Source: an uncultured virus (IMG/VR IMGVR_UViG_3300005530_000024) (lineage: Duplodnaviria; Heunggongvirae; Uroviricota; Caudoviricetes). From it: a stretch of DNA of 20,000 nucleotides. The stretch lies in the IMG/VR virus record IMGVR_UViG_3300005530_000024. The stretch is one strand, 5' to 3'. Made by a program: the position numbers and the translations under genes. The notes under the pieces are model-generated. The model did no database searches and had not been told where the DNA came from. It saw nothing but the letters and a program-made list of their open reading frames with translations. Below, piece after piece: positions 1 through 8,912 of this stretch (positions within the stretch are counted from its first letter, which is position 1; each line of letters starts with the position of its first letter).

Positions 1-42
1 GAACTTCTCGAGGTCGATCTGTTCGACCACTGCTTCGGTCAT
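1..42 (-). CDS. 5' end of a phage gene (MTEAVVEQIDLEKF...), running off the left edge
   Basis: ATG at 42 preceded by RBS CAGGAGA; open to position 1; promoter upstream at 107-135. Confidence 0.75.
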   Translation of the reverse strand, partial: MTEAVVEQIDLEKF

Positions 43-106
43 GGTTTCTCCTGTGTCGTTATGAGGCCTTGGTGGTGGCCGAATCGGTGGATCATTAACG
101 CTGGTT

Positions 107-135
107 AGTCTAGTGCCATCCTAGCGCGAGCACAA
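107..135 (-). promoter_or_regulatory. sigma-70/SigA-type promoter TTGTGC-N17-TAGACT
   Basis: -35/-10 hexamers with 17-bp spacer in the intergenic gap downstream of the HNH gene. Confidence 0.55.
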
Positions 136-138
136 GCC

Positions 139-711
139 CTACAAGGGGTCAATGTGTGCCCAAGTCTGGCGTCGAACAATCCTGCTAACTGCGGCTTGCG
201 TTATAAAAAACTGATCAGCGATCTTCTGTTGCGGCATACCGGATTTGGATAATCTGCGTATCTCTCGGACATGGTCGGCTGTTAACTTTACCATGCTGTT
301 TGCTTCTCCTGTTAACGCAATTCCTCGATTCTTGGAATCGCGGTCTGTATTGTTTTCCTTGACTGTTCCGATAAAGAAGTGGTCATCTTCAAACGGACCA
401 GTTGGATCAACTCTACAGCAAGGCGGATTGTCACAACGATGAAGAAGAACAAAGCCCTCTGGTATCTTGCCGTACTTGTGCTCCCAGGCGACACGATGTG
501 CAACCTGAGTCCTACCCCACCAGAAAGCACCATAGCCGCCTCGGTAACGAGAGGTCTCAGTCCACTCCCAGCAGTTACCCCACGGTCCTCGGCCTTCAGT
601 CTTGTCAACTTTAGACCAGAAACGTTCGAAGGGAAAGCTACCTTCGCGCTGTTCGATAGGCAAAGGCTGTGGAGTCTGTAGCCATTCGGGAACCAGTAGA
701 TCAGTCATCAC
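139..711 (-). CDS. HNH homing-type endonuclease with C-terminal helix-turn-helix
   Basis: RFWSKVDK...CWEW...GYG.F...AHRVAW...G.IP.G..LLHRCDNPPC...H.F.GT..EN..D motif; C-terminal KLTADHVREIR...QQKIADQFFITQAAVSRI HTH. Confidence 0.92.
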   Translation of the reverse strand: MMTDLLVPEWLQTPQPLPIEQREGSFPFERFWSKVDKTEGRGPWGNCWEWTETSRYRGGYGAFWWGRTQVAHRVAWEHKYGKIPEGFVLLHRCDNPPCCRVDPTGPFEDDHFFIGTVKENNTDRDSKNRGIALTGEANSMVKLTADHVREIRRLSKSGMPQQKIADQFFITQAAVSRIVRRQTWAHIDPL

Positions 712-968
712 AAATACCTATCCGGTACAGGTAGTCCTTCAGAACGTAGCCATGCGACGTATTCGCACTTCTCGTCCCGTCTTAATCTAACACGGCCAGA
801 CCGACCGTGACGAGGCATGCGACGTGCAAGAATACCGAGAACTTCACCTACCGTACCGATAGCAGGCTCTGTGATTATAGGCCGCTCGGAATAACAAGCA
901 TCCAGGTCGGCAGCTACTGGGCGAGCCTTCCACTGTCTACGCTGTTCTGGAGTTAACCGGTCAGTCAT
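708..968 (-). CDS. hypothetical phage protein
   Basis: 4-bp overlaps with both neighbouring genes in a leftward operon. Confidence 0.7.
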   Translation of the reverse strand: MTDRLTPEQRRQWKARPVAADLDACYSERPIITEPAIGTVGEVLGILARRMPRHGRSGRVRLRRDEKCEYVAWLRSEGLPVPDRYL

Positions 969-1216
969 CGCTTCACGTCTACCCAGGTAACCGTCACGAC
1001 CTTGCGAATCTCTACGAGGTTGCGCGTTTTGACAACCTCTACATCGCCTGCCCAGTCGCCATCACTCGGCGTTTCAATGAGCCACAAAACAAGCGTCTCG
1101 TCAGGTCCAACGGTGTACCTGTGCATAATCGCCCCAGCTGCATAGACGCGCCCTCTTTGACCCTCGCGAGACTTAAGCTTGGAGCGCACATACACACCGT
1201 CAGCAAACTTCTTCAT
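965..1216 (-). CDS. hypothetical small beta-rich (SH3-like) phage protein
   Basis: RBS AAGGAGA before ATG; ATGA overlap downstream. Confidence 0.78.
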   Translation of the reverse strand: MKKFADGVYVRSKLKSREGQRGRVYAAGAIMHRYTVGPDETLVLWLIETPSDGDWAGDVEVVKTRNLVEIRKVVTVTWVDVKR

Positions 1217-1241
1217 TACACTTCTCCTTCTTGATTCCCGT

Positions 1242-1305
1242 ACGCCCGCTCGGAATCGAACCGAGATAATACCCTCCCGAGTGGATCATTCACCCAGGCG
1301 AACGT
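1242..1305 (-). ncRNA. non-canonical tRNA-like element A (64 nt)
   Basis: Acceptor-like stem ACGTTCG/CGGGCGT, T-arm CTCGG-TTCGATT-CCGAG, single internal hairpin CCTGGGTG/CACTCGGG; no canonical D arm, anticodon loop or CCA. Confidence 0.55.
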
Positions 1306-1308
1306 GCC

Positions 1309-1354
1309 CCGACTATGTTTTTTGATCAGGTGCAGAGAGTCGGCGTCGCACCTG
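1309..1354 (-). other. putative H-type RNA pseudoknot with A-rich loop
   Basis: Stem CAGGTGC/GCACCTG; loop CCGACT is complementary to AGTCGG lying after ATCAAAAAACAT. Confidence 0.45.
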
Positions 1355-1362
1355 CTCGGACG

Positions 1363-1956
1363 TTACTTGCCGCCGCCTGGAGCCAGGTTCTCGACGTTCG
1401 GATGGTTCGTGAGCGGTTTGTCGTAGATCAGTACGTTGATGCCGAGACCAGCTGTGTATTCCACGTACGCGCCAGACGTGGCGTCGAAGCCGTAGTAGGT
1501 ATTACACTCACCGCCTGAGTAGAACACACCGTCGATTGAAGGCGCTGGCACCATGGCATTCGAGCGATCACCAGAGCCACCAGGATCTTGGAACCTGTAC
1601 GTCGGCGTGAGCGCAGTACAGTAAGAGACCGGCAACCCCTTGAATACGTAGTAACCAATCAGCTGACCGTTGGAGTTCTGCAAGTACACATACGCCAACT
1701 TGTTGGGGTCCTTGCCCCAGGTGTCGATCCAGCGATTGATCGTCTTGCGAGTCGGGGACACGCTCATGGTGTGCGCGGGGTCCTGAGCTACGAGCTGGTC
1801 GTAGTTCGTCTTCTGGATAGCGCTGTCGGTCTTCTGGCCCTTGCTGCTGCCACTACTGCAGCTCTCCGCAGAGCATGCAAAGAAAGTCAGAATGACAGCA
1901 AGAATGACAGTACTCTTTCTGAATCTCCTGGGGAGACCGATCAGTTGACGGTACAT
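1363..1956 (-). CDS. putative lipoprotein / secreted phage protein
   Basis: Basic N-terminus, hydrophobic stretch then Cys (TFFAC) and Ser-rich linker; globular domain KLAYVYL..G..IGYYV..G.PVS...LTP. Confidence 0.85.
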   Translation of the reverse strand: MYRQLIGLPRRFRKSTVILAVILTFFACSAESCSSGSSKGQKTDSAIQKTNYDQLVAQDPAHTMSVSPTRKTINRWIDTWGKDPNKLAYVYLQNSNGQLIGYYVFKGLPVSYCTALTPTYRFQDPGGSGDRSNAMVPAPSIDGVFYSGGECNTYYGFDATSGAYVEYTAGLGINVLIYDKPLTNHPNVENLAPGGGK

Positions 1957-2414
1957 ACAGTTTTCTCCTGGGTTGGGTCGAGCGGATATGGAAGATTCGA
2001 CGCCTTGAACTGACCTAGCGTCTTGTCCTTTCTGGCGTCAGCGTTGTACTGGTTGATGTCGTCAATCCGCTTGATTCGTAGCGATGTCAGCGACGCATCG
2101 AGCACCAGTTTGCGTTGTGGGTCTGTTGCTGTCTTGAGCTCGTCAGCAACAGCTGCGATTGATCCTTCATCCGTCTGTACAGTAGCGCACAGATTATAGA
2201 AGTGGTCGTACGCAGCGATTCGATAGGAGCCGTTGCCCTGAATCTGATTCGTCTGATTGACGTTGCCTCGAAAGTTGGCGGTGCTGTTGCTAAACAGTCC
2301 GAATCCGAAGACAAACATCGCCCCGACAACAAGGCATACGATCAGGAGCAGGACCCCTGCCAGGACACTCAGTACCGCCGTCCTGGACATTTCTCTGATT
2401 TCTCTCTTGATCAA
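1941..2414 (-). CDS. membrane-anchored phage protein, likely partner of the lipoprotein
   Basis: Long N-terminal TM segment followed by a helical domain (YNA motif); overlaps the lipoprotein start. Confidence 0.82.
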   Translation of the reverse strand: MIKREIREMSRTAVLSVLAGVLLLIVCLVVGAMFVFGFGLFSNSTANFRGNVNQTNQIQGNGSYRIAAYDHFYNLCATVQTDEGSIAAVADELKTATDPQRKLVLDASLTSLRIKRIDDINQYNADARKDKTLGQFKASNLPYPLDPTQEKTVCTVN

Positions 2415-2466
2415 CTGTAGTCCCTTCTTTGTCCAGGTACCCTTATGGTGGTACCGAATCGCGAGG

Positions 2467-2649
2467 TCAGTACTCGAGAACCTCGACGGTTGTATCGACT
2501 TCTTCGATTTTGTAGGTGATCGTCACCTGAGAATCGCCCAGGTCGCAGTCCACAGTGTCATCGACGTCCTGATCGAAGGCTTCAATGAGCTCCTCTTCGG
2601 TCGCGTCAGACTCGAGGGTGTAGACAGCGGTGACCTTGTACTTCGACAT
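2467..2649 (-). CDS. small acidic hypothetical protein (MSKYKVTAVY..., 60 aa)
   Basis: RBS AAGGAGA directly before ATG 2649; the longer ORF-track start is unlikely. Confidence 0.75.
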   Translation of the reverse strand: MSKYKVTAVYTLESDATEEELIEAFDQDVDDTVDCDLGDSQVTITYKIEEVDTTVEVLEY

Positions 2650-2708
2650 GTTTCTCCTTGGGTAGGGGTTTACCTTACAATGGTTAGCTGTATTAAGTTG
2701 TTTTGCAT

Positions 2709-2876
2709 CTAGGCGTGCGTGACCTCTACAAAGATCTCCTCGCCACCATCGAGCTCGATACCCATAACCCACTTATCTGGGTCTTCGATCAGGCCGAAGT
2801 CTCCGATTTCAGACTCGGACTTCTTGGTTTCGAGCCACTTCTTGAATTCATCGAAGAATTCTTGCATGGTTTGCAT
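2709..2876 (-). CDS. small acidic hypothetical protein (MQTMQEFFDEFKKWLE..., 55 aa), not in ORF track
   Basis: Perfect RBS AAGGAGGTGA upstream of ATG 2876; open to TAG 2709. Confidence 0.8.
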   Translation of the reverse strand: MQTMQEFFDEFKKWLETKKSESEIGDFGLIEDPDKWVMGIELDGGEEIFVEVTHA

Positions 2877-2966
2877 CTGGTTAATCACCTCCTTTTTGTT
2901 TGTAGAATCTTTGACTCACCGACGTGGATAATCAGACGGATAATCCTTGACCAATTCGGTCCGTTC

Positions 2967-3314
2967 CTACCCGAGTCCAACAGGTGGCCCACCAAAGAAC
3001 ACCTCGTTGAAGAGTTCCTCGCCCCAGGTACAAAACGCGCCATCGCTTTCCCTGATTCCAGCCCAGCAGTTCTTTGAAAGATTGCCGTGTCGCCTGCCGC
3101 CGACACCTATCCAATCTGGGTCGGTGAGGTTAGCCAGTGTCGCACCAGCCGCTGGAATCTGAAGCTCGTTATCGAATGGCTTGAATTCCTCGACCGGAAA
3201 GCCAAGTTCAGCTGCAAGCGTTCTGAAGCCTTCCCAATCTCCGGTCCACCGGATCGCCACAACCGTGTAGCCGAACTTGTCGCTCCTGTACCTGTGATCA
3301 CCAATCTTTGGCAC
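2967..3314 (-). CDS. hypothetical phage protein
   Basis: GGAGG RBS before GTG; AIRWTG...F...F pattern common in small phage proteins. Confidence 0.78.
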   Translation of the reverse strand: MPKIGDHRYRSDKFGYTVVAIRWTGDWEGFRTLAAELGFPVEEFKPFDNELQIPAAGATLANLTDPDWIGVGGRRHGNLSKNCWAGIRESDGAFCTWGEELFNEVFFGGPPVGLG

Positions 3315-3316
3315 CT

Positions 3317-3559
3317 TTATTTCACCTCCCCTGTTTTGAGTGCATCGAGAACCAACGCCCTGCCTTCACTAGCGCGAAGTCTGAGCGAGAGTTCAGCATG
3401 ATCAGGATTCGCTGCGAGTCGGCCGAATCCATCTGGAACCAACTCGACAGCTCCGAGGACTTCTCGATGAGAGCCGAGTATCCTAGTCAAGATGCTCGGA
3501 ATATCAACGACTGGATACGTCTCGTCGTCAACAACGACACGAAAGTCTATAACCTTCAT
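3317..3559 (-). CDS. hypothetical phage protein
   Basis: ATGA overlap at 3556-3559. Confidence 0.7.
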   Translation of the reverse strand: MKVIDFRVVVDDETYPVVDIPSILTRILGSHREVLGAVELVPDGFGRLAANPDHAELSLRLRASEGRALVLDALKTGEVK

Positions 3560-3837
3560 TTCTTCTTCCACCACTTCCTCTTGTCGGCATTACTGATCCA
3601 GGATTTACGTACTTTGTTGAGCGACATGTCAATACCTACAAGCTCGATACGTTGCTGAAATTCCGCAAGAGTTAAGTCAGAAAGACCATATTCTTCGGAT
3701 ACAGCTTTTTCCAGTAACGTTCCAATTAGCTCATTAAAGGTGTGCATTCGCATTGCCTGAATGGTGTAATAAATCTCAATCAGCATACTGCCTACGCTAA
3801 GGCCCATAAGTAAAAAGCCAAAGTTTGTGGTACTCAT
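3556..3837 (-). CDS. small membrane protein
   Basis: N-terminal hydrophobic helix; ATGA overlap with the vWA gene. Confidence 0.72.
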   Translation of the reverse strand: MSTTNFGFLLMGLSVGSMLIEIYYTIQAMRMHTFNELIGTLLEKAVSEEYGLSDLTLAEFQQRIELVGIDMSLNKVRKSWISNADKRKWWKKK

Positions 3838-6605
3838 TTCACATTCACCTGCGCTAAGTATTTGCCAAGGAAGGCTATAACCTTGGGTAAGTCGTCCATG
3901 TCATCGAGCTGAACAGTGTCTAACCCGTGCCTACGTGGCGAGTCAGTACGAATACCTACGCCGATGAGCGTGTGCCCGCGCTGCTTGCAGTAACCGATCT
4001 CGCGTTGCAAAATAACGAGTTCTTCCGGACCGTTCTCGGCGGGCATTTTTCCGTCTGAGTAGTACAGAATGATGGTATGTGCAGCGGTTGACTGATCGGC
4101 ACGCTTGCGTAGAAATTCGAGTGCGTGCCCGTCGAGGTTGGCATTAATCGCAGTCATGTTCATCAGGCGAACCTTTGTCTTGTCATCCCATGGCTCGTCA
4201 ATGGTCTTTATCGGGTAAATGTGAAGGTTAGCGTCAAAGACCATGCCCGAGTGCCCGTAGATTTCAAAGGGCACTCCAAGACCGTTAGCTAGTTCCGCTT
4301 GGGCATAGATCGCATTCTTCTCGATCATGAGATTTCTGCCAACGGTCGAACCGGACAAGTCCATACCGATAACGATTCTGTAGTCGATCTTACCCGGTAG
4401 GCGTTTGACCTGAAACAGGCGCGGATCGCCTAATGGCGCACGCTTACCGAGAACTCGAGTGTTGACTCGTCCGGATTTGAGGTGTCGCTGCATGCGCGCT
4501 CGACGGTTAGCCTCAAACACCAGACGCATCTGTTGTCTCGGTCTCCGGAGCTGCGTATCCGTCACCTTCACCTTGTTCTCGCCGCGACGAATCTCTCCAG
4601 GTTCCATTCCTGTTCCGTCACCGTCTTCGTCAAACTTGTGCATTACTACACCGTCAACACCTCTAGCGGGAGTTTCAAACCAGCTGCCCTGATCAACTGC
4701 GATCTTAAGTGCAGCTAGATCGTCTGCACGCTCTTTGGCGGTGCGTTCGTCTGGCTCTAGCTGGTCGCCTAACTCGACGTTTACGTCATCGGGTTGTGCG
4801 AAGATTGTAGAGCCGTTTGGGTCAAGTGTGATATCAACCTCAATCGGTTCACCGGCTGCGCCAGTGTCCACTGTTTCTCCGCCATCATCCGATCCATGGC
4901 TCTCGCCATTCCTATCAGGAGTTTCACCCTCAAGCTCCGGTTGGCTTGGCTCGATCGGAACTGGCTTACCGCGATCGACTCCTGCAAGGTCAGTATCCGA
5001 TCCGTCGTCTCCACCTGGATCACCAAGTGATCCTCCGGGATCAGTGTCGAGAGGGAGCTCTGGTGATTCAGGCCCCTCGTCCGCACTATCTTTCCTGCTA
5101 CCACTACCCTCTTGTTCGGAAGGTTCTTCAGTAGTTTCGTCGCTTCCGATAGACTCAGAGTCGGATGATCCAGATGAACCATCTATAGATCCTTCAGGGT
5201 TATCAGAAGCTTCTCCGGACGAATCTCGAGAAGGGTCACTTTCAGACGGCAACCCTTCAGGTGAAGATCCAGACCCCGAACCAGCTTTACCTTCTTCCGT
5301 CTTACCAGAATCTGCATCAGAGTCCGGTCCTTCACCTTGCTCCATGTATGGATCTGAAGATCCTTCCCCTTCGGGATCACCCTCTTCCCCGGACTCAGGT
5401 GCACCTGCACTATCGTCGCTTTCACCTGCTCCCCCTGAAGGATCGCCTGGAGTATCTTCTTCTCTCCTCGGACTACTCGAAGAGTCGGAATCTTCTGGTC
5501 CCTTAGACCCATCATCATCGTCCTCAGTGCCAGATCCTGGATCGGACCGGGGGGCATCTGTAGAATCTGACTCAGATTCATCTGCCTCTTCTTTCTTTGG
5601 TTCTGGTTCAGGTTCGGCGGGTGGAGGTGGTACGCGCGGCGGCTTTACCTCAGATTCGATTTCAGGGAGACGCAGAAAGCCCATCTCGTTGAGCCGCTTA
5701 AGTACATCGAATGCTTGGTGAAACGAGTCACGACTGGTCTGCTCGATGGAGAATTTAGCGAAGATTTCATTGAGTTCTACATCTCGAGCTGCTGTAACGA
5801 TGTTCCATCTAAACCATGAGTCAGAATTATACCCTGCTAGTTTCGCATAGACCGCTAAGACAATTTGGAAATCATCTGCACAGTCGCGCCACATAACTCG
5901 GTTAGTGGTTCCTGGCTCAGGTATTCCTTCTTGTTGAACCTCTGCCATCATGGCTTCGTACATAGCTCGCACACCGGGACGAATACGAAAGATCCGCTCA
6001 TTGACACGAGCGTCCTCGATAGCATTGAAGATCTTCGGCAGCCACGGGTGGGCCGCAGCGCACAAATTCATGAAGTCATTTGCACGGTCGTCCGTACGAC
6101 TTTCTATTTCTACGATATGCTTTTCGGCCTTATTACGGTAGGCCAGAATTGATCTTCCCCACAGCGGAACAGCGACTCGCAGGAGATATGCGACATCATC
6201 TAGAGAGAACCGCTCGAAAGTTCCCTGAGTAATGTGACCTAGCTCGTGATAGATTACAGCCATGATGTGCTCGCGGATACGGCACGCTAAGCAAATTTGA
6301 AACCCAGCGGCATTGCGCTTGTTGCAGTGCATTAAGTCATGCGGCGTCTTGTCGCCAAGTCTAATAGGTGGCTGGAAGTAGATTGTATGACGCTCAGAGC
6401 TGCCGTTATCCGAGGTAATCTGAATTGTGACCTTTGGGTCGCCAGTGATAGCACGGGCGTAAGCGTTGAGACTAGGCAGCATTGTCCGAAAGACTCTTAC
6501 CGCATCACCGGCACGCACCTCGGCTGGTGTCGGCTTTGTAGGATTCGGTCTACGAGTACGCCTAGCCTTACTGGAACCAAAGGTCGTCATTTCTTTAATC
6601 GTCAC
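3834..6605 (-). CDS. CobT-like vWA (MIDAS) domain protein with N-terminal HExxH metallopeptidase-like domain and long acidic linker (start may be ATG 6590)
   Basis: YHELGH and FNAIEDARVNE motifs; several hundred residues of D/E/S/G/P-rich linker; SGRVN..L, MIDAS DLSGST, N.DG.AL and YYSDG.P motifs. Confidence 0.9.
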   Translation of the reverse strand: MTIKEMTTFGSSKARRTRRPNPTKPTPAEVRAGDAVRVFRTMLPSLNAYARAITGDPKVTIQITSDNGSSERHTIYFQPPIRLGDKTPHDLMHCNKRNAAGFQICLACRIREHIMAVIYHELGHITQGTFERFSLDDVAYLLRVAVPLWGRSILAYRNKAEKHIVEIESRTDDRANDFMNLCAAAHPWLPKIFNAIEDARVNERIFRIRPGVRAMYEAMMAEVQQEGIPEPGTTNRVMWRDCADDFQIVLAVYAKLAGYNSDSWFRWNIVTAARDVELNEIFAKFSIEQTSRDSFHQAFDVLKRLNEMGFLRLPEIESEVKPPRVPPPPAEPEPEPKKEEADESESDSTDAPRSDPGSGTEDDDDGSKGPEDSDSSSSPRREEDTPGDPSGGAGESDDSAGAPESGEEGDPEGEGSSDPYMEQGEGPDSDADSGKTEEGKAGSGSGSSPEGLPSESDPSRDSSGEASDNPEGSIDGSSGSSDSESIGSDETTEEPSEQEGSGSRKDSADEGPESPELPLDTDPGGSLGDPGGDDGSDTDLAGVDRGKPVPIEPSQPELEGETPDRNGESHGSDDGGETVDTGAAGEPIEVDITLDPNGSTIFAQPDDVNVELGDQLEPDERTAKERADDLAALKIAVDQGSWFETPARGVDGVVMHKFDEDGDGTGMEPGEIRRGENKVKVTDTQLRRPRQQMRLVFEANRRARMQRHLKSGRVNTRVLGKRAPLGDPRLFQVKRLPGKIDYRIVIGMDLSGSTVGRNLMIEKNAIYAQAELANGLGVPFEIYGHSGMVFDANLHIYPIKTIDEPWDDKTKVRLMNMTAINANLDGHALEFLRKRADQSTAAHTIILYYSDGKMPAENGPEELVILQREIGYCKQRGHTLIGVGIRTDSPRRHGLDTVQLDDMDDLPKVIAFLGKYLAQVNVK

Positions 6606-6675
6606 CTCCAGACCACACTAAGAAAGTAATAGCCACTGCGACAATAATGGCTGCCCTAAGTATCGGCCACCACAT
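6595..6675 (-). CDS. 26-aa membrane peptide MWWPILRAAIIVAVAITFLVWSGGDD
   Basis: Fills the gap between ATPase and vWA genes; starts 1 nt after the ATPase stop; single TM helix. Confidence 0.5.
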   Translation of the reverse strand: MWWPILRAAIIVAVAITFLVWSGGDD

Positions 6676-6676
6676 G

Positions 6677-8242
6677 CTAAACGCCGCTCTTGAACGCGGA
6701 CTTGACTGACTCCAGTACAGCAGAAGCCTCGTCTGGTGCCATGTCATCAGTCGCTAACTGATACGCCGCTAGTGGGCTAAACCACCTAAGCGCTCGGGCC
6801 ACCTTGATCTGGTGGCGAATGCCCCAGGTGGTCGTTAGACTGCCGGCCTCAGACAAGGCTCTGATATCGCCCGCTACCACCATCAGCAGTCTTAGCTGTT
6901 CTGCACTGATTTCCCACTCGTCAAGCTTGACTCGCTCAGCGATGATCTTCTTCTCGAGTGGTTCGGGCGGTAGGCCAAAGCGTAGGTGCATGAGTCGTGA
7001 TGCGTCAGCGTCTCCGATAGTGTTAGTGCCAACGTTTCTGGGGTCCCAGCTTGGGTTGCCTGCCATTGCAAGGTAAGCGTGTGCATGCCTGATCACATGC
7101 TCTGCGGCAGAAGAATCGAGGACGAGTTGCTTACTATTGTCCGTCAGTGGGCGGATGGCCTGCCACACGTCAGGCTGGCCGGTGTTCGGCTCATCTAGCA
7201 AGATCACACCTGGCCTACCCCAGGCTAAGGGGAGTCGTCCGTATTGGAAGTACGTTGACTCTCGCGCCCCTTCAGGCGAGCCTGGCGGAACACCGAACAT
7301 CATCTTGCCAAACAGGTCATCGAGTTCGGTGGAGGCTGTGATCGAGAATCGCTCGAACGGTAGTTGCATGAGGTATGCCATGTGACGAGCGATCTCGGTC
7401 TTGCCGACACCACCTGGACCCCAGAGCATCGGCGTTTCGTCTAGCTCGCGCCAGAGGACTGCGATCTTGTAGACATTGTTGCCATGGTCGAGATAGAGCT
7501 CGGGATGCTCGTCGTCACCCGGCTGAGGAATCTTGCGCCGCTGAGCGTCAGCAAAGATCTCAGGCGAGTAGATCGGCAGGAAGGTGAATCGCGCCTCGTC
7601 GTCAGGGTCGCTGATCCTACGCCAGGACACGATGCCAGCCTTGCGCTGTGCGTCCGTGACGGGGCGGTCGGTAGGATGCTGTAGCGGATGCATCACACCG
7701 GCACCGTAGGAGGCAAAGATATCTACGTGATGGTAGGAAGCCTCATAGAAGTCACGCAGCTCAACGGCGAAATGCATCGGTGGGCCTTGAATACTGACAT
7801 CACAGGCTTCAGCTACTGTGCGCGTCATGTGCGGAAGAACAAGCATGCCCTTGCGCTGACACATACCAGCTGTCCAGCCGTAACCCGAGAGAACGTCATC
7901 AGGCCTGCGGTAGAAAACGCATGTCGAGCAGGTAGTAGCCGCGTTCTTGGTAGCCGGAAGACGTGGATCATCTTCCTCGATGACAAGCGGCATACTCACT
8001 AGGGGAGCGAAGACATTCTTAGTATCGGTCTTACTTGGTCTGTGCTCACCGTGGCGCTTGCAGTCTCGGGCTATACGCTTCTGGAGTGATCGCTCTTCAT
8101 CGCCAGTGAAACTCGGTCTACCCAGCACTGTGCCGAACCGAGCACACATAGGCGAGCCGACTGTCTTTCCGAAGAAGTCGACCGCCTCTGGTGGCCTGAG
8201 CAGGCTAGGACAATTAGCGCAGCTCTTCACTGGAGTCGTCAC
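6677..8242 (-). CDS. MoxR/CobS-type AAA+ ATPase with Cys-rich N-terminal extension
   Basis: Walker A GPGGVGKT, Walker B ILLDE, AGNP sensor, DA.ASR arginine finger; adjacent to vWA gene; two CxxC...C...C repeats at the N-terminus. Confidence 0.92.
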   Translation of the reverse strand: MTTPVKSCANCPSLLRPPEAVDFFGKTVGSPMCARFGTVLGRPSFTGDEERSLQKRIARDCKRHGEHRPSKTDTKNVFAPLVSMPLVIEEDDPRLPATKNAATTCSTCVFYRRPDDVLSGYGWTAGMCQRKGMLVLPHMTRTVAEACDVSIQGPPMHFAVELRDFYEASYHHVDIFASYGAGVMHPLQHPTDRPVTDAQRKAGIVSWRRISDPDDEARFTFLPIYSPEIFADAQRRKIPQPGDDEHPELYLDHGNNVYKIAVLWRELDETPMLWGPGGVGKTEIARHMAYLMQLPFERFSITASTELDDLFGKMMFGVPPGSPEGARESTYFQYGRLPLAWGRPGVILLDEPNTGQPDVWQAIRPLTDNSKQLVLDSSAAEHVIRHAHAYLAMAGNPSWDPRNVGTNTIGDADASRLMHLRFGLPPEPLEKKIIAERVKLDEWEISAEQLRLLMVVAGDIRALSEAGSLTTTWGIRHQIKVARALRWFSPLAAYQLATDDMAPDEASAVLESVKSAFKSGV

Positions 8243-8683
8243 TTACTTTCCCTCACAATTTTTCTTATCAGTCTGTGTCTGTGCGAGCATGGTGAGTATC
8301 GTGCTGACCGCGTCAGATGCTGCTCGGTCGGAGTTTGCTATCTTGATACGTGCGATGTTAAGAGTCTCTTCGTCTTTGCTTTCGATCGAGTCGAATGCCA
8401 GGTTTAACTGGTCGGTGATACCACCATACGCAGCCGTGAATCGACCGAACTGGACCGTGAGTGCATCAGCATCTGCTAGGTACTTGATGCACTCAGGTGA
8501 AGTACGGTAGATCGTCTGGGTTTTGCCTGGATCATGCACGGTAACAGTGTGCGTCACTGTGCGTGTGACTGTTTTGGTCTTTACGCTAGACGAGCCGTGT
8601 CCCTCGCCAAGACCGTAAGCAGCCAGCACGACCACGCACACAGCCGCCGTGCCATAGACACGCTTCTGGAATTGTGAGCTCAT
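8243..8683 (-). CDS. membrane-anchored/secreted protein with Thr/Val-rich linker
   Basis: N-terminal TM segment, TKTVTRTVTHTVTV linker, helical domain bracketed by two Cys. Confidence 0.78.
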   Translation of the reverse strand: MSSQFQKRVYGTAAVCVVVLAAYGLGEGHGSSSVKTKTVTRTVTHTVTVHDPGKTQTIYRTSPECIKYLADADALTVQFGRFTAAYGGITDQLNLAFDSIESKDEETLNIARIKIANSDRAASDAVSTILTMLAQTQTDKKNCEGK

Positions 8684-8684
8684 A

Positions 8685-8912
8685 CTAGTTCCAGCCAGCA
8701 AGAATGGTCATGGTGTTAGTTCTCATGGAGCGCCGATGCACCATTGCCTGATCTAACACTTTGATCAACTCAATCAGCTCGTCATCAGTGAGCTTCAAGT
8801 TGACGGGTCGATCTTTGTCGGTCACGTCCTTGCAGCGAATAGTGACTGAATCTGGCGTGACTGTCACTGCATCGTCGAAGACAGCGTCATGTATCTTCAT
8901 CTGCCTACTCAT
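8685..8912 (-). CDS. hypothetical phage protein
   Basis: ATGA overlap at 8909-8912. Confidence 0.7.
   Translation of the reverse strand: MSRQMKIHDAVFDDAVTVTPDSVTIRCKDVTDKDRPVNLKLTDDELIELIKVLDQAMVHRRSMRTNTMTILAGWN

Noticed and set aside
1242..1305. Canonical tRNA gene (also considered for 12500-12582)
   Set aside because: No D-arm or U33-type anticodon loop and no CCA; reported as tRNA-like instead. A Y RNA (YrlA) fold was also rejected because the acceptor stem is not a closed, permuted hairpin.
4735..5721. 328-aa plus-strand Ser/Pro-rich ORF
   Set aside because: Antisense shadow of the acidic low-complexity linker of the vWA gene; no RBS and opposite to the operon direction.
3834..8242. 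Functional cobaltochelatase (cobS/cobT) assignment
   Set aside because: No cobN or other cobalamin genes; phage homologues are generally MoxR-type chaperones, so no gene symbol was given.
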